A stretch of DNA of 64,000 nt, from contig JBLDXI010000009.1 of assembly GCA_047495785.1 (NCBI GenBank), forward strand, positions 2,728,001-2,792,000, in the 5' to 3' direction. A program made the translations under genes and the position numbers. The DNA is from Lepidodermella squamata. Taxonomy: Eukaryota > Animalia > Gastrotricha. Under the pieces are notes generated by a model. The model saw nothing but the letters and a program-made list of their open reading frames with translations. It was not told where the DNA came from and ran no database searches. Positions 11,344-22,800 of the stretch are shown here, one piece after another; positions within the stretch are counted from its first letter, which is position 1, and the number at the start of each line of letters is the position of its first letter.

Positions 11344-13410
11344 AGCATATAAATTATAAGTTTAATTTCTAAAAAATGATCGGAAATTTGGAAAAATAGT
11401 TTTGGCACAAAAAAGGTTAAGTTTGAAGCGATGAAAACCTGAGACTGGTTAAGAAAAACTCTTTGCAGACGAACCCTAGATTGACCGCAATTTTCACAAA
11501 GTGAAAAAATTGGATGCTAAACTTAATATTTTTCTAGCGACTAGACAGCGGGAGTGTCATGAAATCGAATTTAATATTCAGCAAAGGGGTAGGTAACGAT
11601 TATAAATAACCTGTACTTGCACTAGAAATGGCGAGCTTTTATAGTTAATTTATCCCTAAATTTTAGAAAAACTAACATAAAAATGGTGATCTGGCGCGTG
11701 GCCCGGGGGGCGGTTTTGTTTATGTGTAGTATATAAACTGAATTTTTGATGAATCAACCGCGGCAGTGCGACCACTGGGGGCGAGACCTATATACAACCC
11801 ATACGACTGCTGACTGATCCACGCAGCGGCGGCGGCGCCGTCAGGTGAGGCCATCTATTACTATACAGTGTCCAGATGAGAGTAAAGCTCATATAAGCCC
11901 GCATATTGGAGGTTTTCCTCAGAAGTATAATAGAGAGAAAAACTCACTGAGCCATTGCGCGCGGAAATTCGTCGCAGAGAAAAAGGGCGTAAACTACTTC
12001 GTGCTCAATATTTCAATTGGAGTTAACGTATAGGGTTTCTTCAAGAAGCGATACTTTGAACGTGGCACGAACGTAGGGTAATTAAGCCCACGATACGTAG
12101 CACGAGACAGCACGAAAGCCCTTCATGGTCGGGTGTCGGATTCCTTGCGTAGCAAGCGTCATACGTTATTAGCTACTGTCTGTTGCAATACGTCGTGCGT
12201 AATATCGTAGCAAATATTCCATCCAAAATCGTAATTGAGATTTTTACAGTCCGTGCTCGGCTTTTCAAGCATCGGTTGGTCAATAATCTGCGCGAACCAC
12301 TCGAAATATGCCATGGATTAAAAATCATGTGCCCACTTGCGCGCTTTTTTTCTAGGTGACTATGGGTATGCGGATAATAAAAATCCGATGTCCAGCGAAA
12401 AATCACTCAATAACAACACATTGTGATGATTCAGTGCGATTTTAGCTTCCAGACGAAAAGTGGGCGGAAAAACGCTGTCAAAACAGCTAAATGGCCGAAT
12501 AAAACCACGGCAGTGCGATATTCGATGCTAAGTGGAGAAGATAATCTTCTTTGTTCCCACAAATAAAACAAAATAGCTTGAAGAATCGAACCAGGGCCTA
12601 AAAACATTCAACCCAGAAAAAAGCACGGAAATGTCCTATGAAACATCAGTCCAAAATGTTGGTGCAATTCGATCGAATGTGATTGACTGGACCTAATATG
12701 GCCTCATTGAAATTTTAATGAAAACTTCGCAAATTAATTTCGATTCATCCCGAGACTTGAATCTTGGAGACAAGACTGCACGCCCTGCCAATTTATTCAT
12801 GGGTCGAATAAGGTCGAAATAGGCTGAACTATATGAATTAGGAATTGAATTTTCGAAGATCGAGCAAAATTTTCCGGCGTAGTTTGTCCCGTTTAATTTA
12901 TTGTTCTGAGTCAATCAACCCCCTCACCTTCCATCGTTTCGCAATTCACAATTTGAGCACCACTATAAAATTGGAAATTGCCCCTGTTCTTTCGTTCATC
13001 GGCCGGTTACCAGAAATTATTTATGCAAGTGAATATAATTTAATTCACCACGTTATCGAATTTAAATAGTCATAACGATTTTTGGTCCGCTGTTTTTCAA
13101 TTTAACGACATTTTCTTAGTAGTATTACTCGTGAAGTACGCCGCCCACGGTATATCGGAAATTCTTACGATAATATCAAAAGTTATTCCTCTTCTATTGT
13201 CAACATCGGTGTCAGTCCTTTAATTGAGACACTCCTTTTGAGTCTAGGAATGCAATCTCAATAAAAAATAAAAAATAAAAAAAGAGAAATTAAAAATAAT
13301 AATGATGAAGAGTTAGAATTTATTGAAATTTATTGAAGCTCTAACACGATGATTAATCGCTGACAATACATGTATTCAATGATTTTAGTAATCGATCGAA
13401 ATCATCAATT

Positions 13411-13686
13411 TCAAAGCTGAAAATGACCCCGCGGGTCGTGCAAAAGTCCTGCTAGATCACGAGTTGGTTTGATAGCCTCATCCAACGGCTTCACGTTGTG
13501 CCAATGTAGGCCTAAGCCGGACATTTGCTGCTTGATCGGCAGAACATAGCGCAACCTTTTAGGCCCGAAGCCGTGGCGATTGATGACAAAAAGCGGCCGA
13601 TTAATGTCCGATGATGACCCGATGACAGCAGCCAAGATCAAGCAATTAAGGAAGACTGCAAAGATCAGCGATCGGCTAAAATCCAT
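13411..13686 (-). CDS. Small secreted protein (91 aa), unknown family
   Basis: Signal peptide MDFSRSLIFAVFLNCLILAAVIG; AATAAA signals ~80-90 nt downstream of the stop. Confidence 0.68.
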   Translation of the reverse strand: MDFSRSLIFAVFLNCLILAAVIGSSSDINRPLFVINRHGFGPKRLRYVLPIKQQMSGLGLHWHNVKPLDEAIKPTRDLAGLLHDPRGHFQL

Positions 13687-14198
13687 GACCTGCGTTTTCG
13701 GTTTGAAAAAAATAATTGCGAGTGCGAAAATTGCAAAATCAACAAAAATAAAAAGCGCAAAATTGATGTTCTCACTTTACTCCAGGGCTTCTGAAATATA
13801 GGGGGCGGCCTCTCTCATTGTATAGTTTTTCCGGTTTTAGAAAATCGAAATTATTTACTCATATAGAGCGCGTAATCTTTTTGCGTATCGAAAATTGAAA
13901 TTGTATAGACAGGTTTCAGAATAATTATTTTTGCCAGTTCAGGACAGCAGGTATTAAAAGCTCAGTTCTAAAATTTCACTCTAACAAGGTCGCTCGGACA
14001 AAAAAACCTGGTTAAAGTCCATAATATCTTTATTTTCAAGTTTAAAAATAATAGCAAGTACAAATTGTTTTAAAGAAAGGCAAGAAATATTTCAAGTATA
14101 CCAACACTTGATCCTTATAAAACTGGCTAAAAATTTCCAGGCATTTCACACAAAAAAATGTAGAAAAATCCTATAAATTATTATTGCTCCCAACAATA

Positions 14199-17100
14199 TC
14201 AACCAGATCTGCGCCGCGGATCGCCAACCGCTGCGATAATCGGCACGGGTTGTTCGACGATGTTAACAGTCTCAGAATCATTAGGCTGGTCGACACCGGA
14301 CGGCGCTAGCAGCAGAAAGTCGTTGGCTGACGCCAGTAATTTTATAGCCGGCGCCGTTCCATCCTTCTTCTTAACGCGTTTCGACGACAATCTTTTAGTC
14401 AATCTGTCGCGGAAACTCAGTTTTTTCGTAAATTTCGTAGGCGCCGAAGGCCGGGAGGGCGAAGTTGGCGGTGATGATTGGCGGCGTAGTTCGCCTGATT
14501 TCGACCGATTCCCGACAATGAAACCAAACGCGGCACTTATTTCACCTGCCACCGTTAAATTTCCGGCCGATCGCCCTGTTTTCAACGACTGTCGAGGCGA
14601 ACACAGCGAATTTGGCGATTCCGATCCATTAAAATTAGCCGTATTACTTTGACGGCTCGTAATTATGGAGGGGACTAGACTTTTCGAGAAGCATAATTTT
14701 TGGTGTTGGGAAGTTCTAGATTGCCGTTTAACATAAGTTCCACACGATGATTCGCCACCTGATGATTTCCGTTCGCTAGCCGATGATTTCCTCTCCCGGT
14801 ACATGAGTTCTGAATGGGACAAATCGACGTTATTTTCGGTTAAAATTGCGTGCAATTCATTTTGTTGCTGTTCCATTTCGATTTCGTGCAGAACTTGGCT
14901 GAGCGCACGGCTGACAAGCATGCCGGCAATGTGAGGCGCATCGAAGGAAGCGGAAGATTTAAGGTCACGTGACGTAGATCGACTCACATTCGCCGAGTTG
15001 GATTGAGTTGCCGACGGATCGACGCTTAGAACTGCCTGCAATTTCGGGTTCGATCGCGAGTTTTTGACAAAATGACCTTGACCTTGAGCTAATTGAGTAG
15101 CTTTTTTCTTGCGATAATAACTGCCGCCACGCGACAAAGTTCTCGAAGGGAATTTGCTGTATAAAAATAAAAACGAAAATTATAAGACATTTTATCCCAA
15201 GACTTAAGACAAATAATTATCCCAGACCCCAGACACAATGGCCTAAGTCGTAAACAATTTTCGATCTGCGCCCAAAATAGCATTAAATTACGCGATGTTA
15301 CAGCATGTGCTTATATATCCAGCGACTGATTAGCCGGGTGCAATCGCGCCTTCGTGCTCATCTCTATGACAAAAATGCCTTCGCACTTCTAGCGCGAAAA
15401 AGTTGACCGTTAACAAGTGAAAAGTGGGATTTGACAAATTTTCTGTATTTTCCAGCAAATCGCAAAAATTTTGTTGACTTGAAAAAGGACGATCCTTGAA
15501 TTTTTATTTTCAAATTTCAGAGCTCATATAGGGGCTCCTATCCTCCATAAAAGAAGGTAAACCCCAAAGTGTCGCTGAAAAGTCTTATCAATTCAGGTTG
15601 ATATGGAGACATTAGCTTGATTCCACCGCAAGTTTCCAATATATCTAGCATCTAGCGCACTTCCTCACCTCAGATTACCCTGAAAAATGTGGACAGTAGC
15701 GCATAAAATAAAATAATATTGACAATGAAATGCGTGAGAGATTATTAATTGATGTAACTCCAATTTTTCAGGCGCACATTTTTCGAAATTAGCATTTGTT
15801 AAATGTTAACTTCAAAGCCAAATTTCTCAGCAACCCTGATGACTATCTATTTATTCCTGATATCGTTCGACTCCTCGTTAGTTGATCTTGAAAACGACAT
15901 CAAAACCCCAATTTTCACTTGTTAACGGTCTGTTATGTTATGTCCATGTTATGTCAGTCAGATTTTTATGGAACGCTAAGATTTCCCTCGTGAAAGTTGA
16001 TAACTTGAAACTCGACGCGGCCAGGCTCTTCACCTGTTGAGATGCACTTCCTTCAACTGAACTGTTTTCGACCTTGTTTTCAAGTTGTTGACATCCTGAA
16101 TGTTAAGAAGAGCCAAGCGCTGAAGAGACCTATTCACTATCATAACAAGAAAGAAATCCATGCTTAGCTGGACTGAAATGTCGTTCCTAGTCTTCAGATT
16201 ACCCAGACATTTGTAATAATTTGTTGTGATTGCGGAAAAAAGCTGTCCGGGATGATATCTTCCCGCTTGATTTGAGCTAATTTTTCAAAGGACGAACAAA
16301 ATATCTATTTTGGAAATATAACGTCACAAGGTATAATATTTGACGACAGAAAATACTTCTACACAGGACTTAATCTCAATTTACATGGATTTGTCTAATC
16401 ATGAACCTCCAAAATTTTGAAAATTCATCTGTGCGCGAATTCATTTTTCAAGATTTGGTTTCAAGACCCATATAAAATTAAATTAAATTAAATTAATTAA
16501 TTAAATATAAATTTTATTCTTTGCACTCACCCGGATGGTTTCGTCAGAGTAGGTTGAGAGGACCTGTCCTGAGATTCAAGATTCGCCACGTCACGCTCAG
16601 CGTCAAGGAAAGTTAACGAAGCGGGCCTTTTCGAAGGCTCTTCTACAGCATCCTGTTTAGCGACGTCTTGCTCAGTCTTAACGGCCGTTTCGTTAGCGAT
16701 AGCAATTTTCGGCATCGATCGCCTGTTTGAGCTGCTAACACTGAACTTCGCACTCGACGTAGTTCTCGAGAACCAGTGCGCTATATTCGCGCCGAAGCTC
16801 TGCAAACTCCGCGATGTTCGCAATATTTTTGTTTTCTCGAGAAACGCAGCAACCTGAAGCTGCCGCAGCGATTTCGGGGTATGCGGCTCTTGGTCCGAAT
16901 CTAGGAATGCATCATCATCGCCATCCTCATCTTCGTTATGGCGCGTCCCATTATTGTTAAGTGTTGTAGTAGAATTCGCCTCGCCGCTCATTTCAGCTAT
17001 AAAATCACGCGGGCTCTGAGGTGAGACAACTGAGGGCCGTTTCGAAGACTGGAAAATCACCTCCAAACTACACCCGGTTATACTCAGCCGATGCGGGTAA

Positions 17101-19815
17101 TCACTGGGTGTCACAGCCCGCGCTTCATATTCACCGGCCTCGTTTTGAAACGTCAATATCGTTTTCGCTAGATCAATTTTGCGCCGCGCATAGAACGGCG
17201 CATTTTGATTGTTACCTCTGTTACCATTATTATTCGAAGACGGGTACAGGCGGGACGAGATAGTCGACGCATGCGACGATTGGGAAGCATTGCGGCACAA
17301 GGCGAAATTTCGTAACAGCGACGATATTCCTTGTTTGTACTCCTTAGCCGATAAGGCGTATAGCAACGGGTTGAAGGCGCTGTTTAAAAAGCCTAGCCAT
17401 ATGAATATGTCGAACAGCGTGTTGTTATGAGGTACAGCCGAACGGCCGACAGCTGCGAAAACTAGATTGAGCGCAAAATAGGGTGACCAGCAGAAGACAA
17501 ATACACCGAGCAGCATTCCTAAGGTTCGGACTGCCTTATTTTCGTTGACGTAGTACTGCCATTTCTTGAACAGTTCGCCCCGGCCGAGTGGAGTAAATGA
17601 GGTTACCTGAAATTAAATTATCACGTGGGTTAATTGCAGCCCATAAACACCTATTTTTGTTCGAATTCATCAAATGATAATGATCATCTTTTTCTCGCAG
17701 CATTATGAATAAACACCTATTTCCGGCCGGTTAATTCCATCATTTCATTTATACCTAGTAATAAATAGTCTGTGCGGTTATTAAATTAATTGTGGGATAA
17801 TCATGTAAAAGGTCGGGATTATCGGAACACGCCAGTGTCAATTATAGATATCAATTTTCCTAAATTATATTTTTGATAGGTTGACAATCGATGAATCGCG
17901 TGCAAATCCCTTTTAATAGCTACGATGAATATTTTTTCTAAATATAAATTTTGCGGAGGAAAAATCCCATAAAAATCCTCATTTCATAGAGGTAACTTCT
18001 GTGGCCGGAATGCCCTGGAAAAAATAAGGAAAAAGGGCAAATTTTGTTTGGAAAAAAACATAAAAAAATCTAAAATGATAACAAGTAAAAAAGCCTTGAA
18101 ATTACCAGTTTTTCTATGGTAGGGTATCGGTGCTTCTTCGGCGCAGCCGGCACCATACTAGCCCGTCGGCTGGCAGCACTTATTCTCGCATTGATAGCAG
18201 CCTGTCGAAGTACCGAACTTCGCGTCCTACTACGCCGCCCACACGATGGCTCAACCGACGGAGTCTGAAAAAAGTGGAAAAACTTAGAAAAATTACGAAA
18301 ATTAATTAAGAATGAGGCTCCAACACTATAGGTTTCCTAAAATATGGTGTTTCGATTACGTCATTTAGTTCATGAGATAGTTCTTCAGCCATATCGATTC
18401 AGAGTATCGATTTTACAAATCAGCAATGTTTCCGATTTCAGCTGTCAAAATTTTTCTACATGACTTAGGGTATCAGGTAGATCAAATTAACACATTTCCA
18501 AGGTCAAAGGATGCATCAGAAGAAACCCTTAATTTGGCAAGCATTCAGACTCAAATTAAATACCTCAGTCAGATCAGTATGTTCAGTTGGCTCGTAGCTA
18601 CTCATACTGCAAATACGGCCATGAGCTCGTTCACCGCCGTTTGTTCCCAACAGTACACCATTTTGAGCCGAATCGTTATTGCTGTCATGATTAGCCGAAG
18701 TTTCTTGTTGTTTCGCAGTTCTATTAGTCCTAGCACCGCCACGGTGCATGCGGAAGCTGACATGCCGCCAGTGGCCTGATGGCGATTTTTGAGGGACCAT
18801 TTTCCGCCCACCCTCCTGTTCGCTGGCATCTTTCAACGAATCCAACTGCTTCCGCGCTAATATGTAAATTTTGCAGTAGAATCCGAACATTATCGACAGA
18901 GGAATGTAGAAACAAATTAAGGAGGATCCGATGAGATAAACCGCCGAAGATGGATAGACGCAATCGCCCTCTACGACAGTTTCAATCTCGCCATCGTCGA
19001 AAAATAGCGACGCATTAGGCTTTTGAGTAATCGTTAAAAGGGTCCACTGAACTTCATCGTAATCGTCGTAGTAATAGTTAGGCAATTCATTCTTCTTCTC
19101 CTCGTGCTTTTGGTACATCCAAAACGCGGACATAGCCGAGGCGAGGAAGCTCATGGTCCATACGATGATGAGTTCGGCAATTGTCGCCTTGTAACTAGCT
19201 TGGGTCATGTAGCCGAACGGCTTGTCCAGCGACCGGCAGCGCTCAATGGCGACGATGCAGATGTGTAAAATAGAGGCGGTGCAGGCGAAAAGGCGCAAAA
19301 AGTGATGCATGTCGCAGATGACGTTTTTACGCGACCAGGCGGCTACGTCGGCACGTGTGTGTTGTGTTAAATGAGCTTCGCCAAACGCATCGGTAACTAA
19401 AAAAATTTTAAAAAATTAAATATATTTCCTACGTCTTGTTATTAGGAATAAAGGCAAGAAAAACGTTGGTACGGGATAAAAAAAATACAGGCAAGTAACT
19501 AAAATAATTCCCTTGTACCTGAAATGGTCAAATTAGGATCGCGAACTTTTCATGTCAAAATTTAATAAATTAGTTAAAAAAAAATCCTCGTTAAAAAACA
19601 TCAGACTTACAATGAAGGCCGAAATCGACGACTTTTGAAGTCATAGCAAAAGCAGCGACCAGAATGTCCGCAACGGCCAGCGAGACGTAACAGCAGTTAA
19701 CCGGCGATGGCAGTTTACGGGCGAGAAGTGACAGGACAAGGACGAAAATATTGCCAAGTAGGGTGAACACAATGATGGCGATGAAGAGGATGAGGAGGAA
19801 AAATGCAAAAATCAT
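14199..19815 (-). CDS. Class A GPCR of the biogenic-amine receptor type (D1-dopamine/beta-octopamine-like) with atypical pocket and very long C-tail; ~5 exons
   Basis: TM1 GN, TM2 SLAVAD, TM3 CTASILHIC..ERC, TM5 SSLICFYIP, TM6 ENKAVRTLG..CWSPYF, TM7 WLGFLNSAFNPLLY. Donor GG|GTGAGT at 16531/16530 joins in frame to acceptor TACAG|C at 15156, adding the 14199-15137 ORF. Start codon uncertain. Confidence 0.85.
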
Positions 19816-22800
19816 TATTTTCTCGCTCTTAATCGACAAACAATCAATCCATTTCACATTTCTAAACCGCAAGAGTAAAATTCTAAAATAAAAAATAAAA
19901 CAGCGGGGTATTATAATAATTGAATATTAACTATGAAAAAACTGGAATTCCCCCATAGGGAATATTCGACCTCCAGACAATTTTTTACGTCAATTGAGCA
20001 GTGTCCTTATCGTCATTAATGCGACATAGAAAATTTGAATACTGGGAAAAGAATGCGTCCCCTTGTTCTAATAATTTAATAAAAATAGTTAATTAATTTT
20101 GGTTCCTTTCCTCGAGACTGGGTGCATTTACCTACTCGGAAGACAGTTTAAACCGCACATCATGAACTATGAACTATGAACAAGAATATTTAGGATAAAA
20201 AGATGAATGGCTAGCCTATACCGGCTTGAAATTTCTCGGCGAACTACAATAATAGGAAATTAGCCCGGAATTCCGATGCACCACAGATATACTGAAAATA
20301 CACACGTGAGTGGAACATGTGACAAAAATGTCTAGGAGGAGGAGAAACGGTAATTTTAGAGTTCCTGGTGAATAATGACACTACTTCGACTTGACAGACT
20401 GCTACAAGATGATATAGTTGAAAGATAGGAAGCCCTCGCCCGTCTACGCGTTAGTTTTTTTTTACGCAATCACGGGTTTACTCGTAAAAACACAGCCTCG
20501 CAGGATACAAGCGCATCATCCGATAATTTAGCAAGGAAAAATTGTTTAGTCACTTAACTACGCACTTTTTGCAGGGACGACTGTGACGATATGGTAATAA
20601 TACTAACAAAATTAATTCCTAATACACGGGGCGGATTTTACCACTCGTGGGCTTCGCTTCATGTATTTCGCGAAAATTGTCGAAATTATTATGTCTGAAG
20701 AATTGATTTCGATTGAGTGTACCGTAAGCATTGCTATAGGATACGTATATCTGCGACTTCGAAAAGCGTTACTCATAGGATAAGTGAAGATGATTAAAAC
20801 TGCGTGTAATTAATTTAGCCAGAGTATTTGATCGAAAACGCTGCGTTGAAATATATATCAAAATTTTTCACCTGTGAGCGTCGATCAGATAGATAGTATA
20901 GATAGTATAAATAGTAGTAAGACGGCACAACTTGAGTGTATAGATGGCGGATAATTTTGCAGCGTTTGACTTGGCATGTGATCGGATGCGCGTAAATCAA
21001 GGATAAAATGTGTACATCACTTTTGATCACGTTTCTCTGTGTCTCATAGCGAATCCATTTGAGGAGGCTCGACTGCTATAAAACTAAAAGAAGCTAAGAG
21101 TAAATCGATCCAGCGGCATCAAGGCTACTTGGACGCAAATTCTTGATTTTTACAACGCAGATAATTCCATATAGGTACAAGGAGGGTTTGAATTTTTTTT
21201 GAAAATAAGGAAGAATCGCGAAATTAATGTCTCCGAAATTTTAGTAAAATTCAAATACGTCACGCCCTTTAAACATTGTCTGTCGAAATCGATGTAGCCA
21301 ACTGTCAAAGTTCGTTAACCTGAACGGTTTGACTGACTCACGTTATAGTAAAAGCAGAGCGTCTCATTCGGTAAATCGTCACTTGAATATCTAACGCCTT
21401 TTGCGTCAATATATGCTATATATGCATATATGCTGAGGCAACCTGAAAAACGGACTAATGTTACACTAATGTCACGATAACGCGATTATGATCTGAGCCG
21501 ATGTCAGTCAGCCGTCTTCACCGGAGCGGATAGTCGACCTGTTTCAGGGGGTCGTATTTTTTAAATGAGTCATTGTGCATACTGATTGCGTGATTGGAAG
21601 AAATGTGGAAGAAATATTTAAAATGTGTTGCCAAATAAAATATTTTTTGATTCCGCAAATTTTTTCCCGCCGAAGCCGCTCTGTTTTCAACTAAAAAAAT
21701 TGCTGCACTCGAGCTCAGCGATTACAGGAAAGATTCCATCAGTAACTTTTTTTATTTACATTAACATTTCAATCAATTCCAAAACTTCGAATTTCTAGGC
21801 TTCGAAATTTTATTCCAATTTCCAATATTTTACGTCACATGACCCAGTTGCGTTATTTGCCTGGGCTGGTAAATTGCAGACTCTTTGTCCAAGGAATGTC
21901 CACCAAATGTTGATTAAAATTTCGTTTCGAGCTTTAATTTGATTAGAAATTAACAAAAAACTCGACAAACGATCAGCTTTAATTTGGAACTTGAAATTAT
22001 TAATAATTAACAAGTTACCGTAACGCAGCGTAATAATAAGTTTGGACAGCGCATAGCCCTCAACCCTGGAAATTTTACAGCTTTTCAAGCTGTCCGTTAT
22101 GGGTTAAGGGTTAAGCCAATGGTTATGCAAGCCAACTGGGCTTAAACAATTACCCGCTAATTGTCCGAGGTGAGCTTGCTTTTAATTGATGAAATCTCAG
22201 GTAAAAATATTAGGCAAATTCTCCTTCAAATTTTATCAGAATATTACGAATCACCTTGCACCTTGCCCATCATTTTGTCGAATCGCTAGAGACCGCATTG
22301 GAGCTGATCGAAATTGAAATTGACCCAATTGAAATAGTAGCGTAGCTGAGTAATGGATAATATATTATAAAAAGCCGACCCTTGTGGGTTTATAGGGTCA
22401 GCTGACGGCAAGCGATAAGCGATCAGCTTGGGGACCCGGCAAATCGGTAGCGAGCACTTTGCTGTTACCCATGAATTCATCATCATTCGCTATTCTTCCC
22501 CATTTCTTCCTGCCATATAAGCAATTTCAAGATCTTCTAATTAAACAGTTTTGGTGCATCGTATAGCTGGAGATCAGACTTTTACGGGTTTTGAGCTCCA
22601 ACATGCTCCAATGAGCTCCAAAATAAATGATCGGGTCTAAATTTATATTTTCGAACAACCAATATTGAAATTCTAGCTTGAATTTCAATTTCAATTTCCT
22701 GACACTAAATTTTTCAGATGCCTTTGAATTTTGGCGTTTTCATTTCTTGATCGATGCCCTCCATAGCCGTGAAATGTTTTAATTTAATTTTTATATTTTT

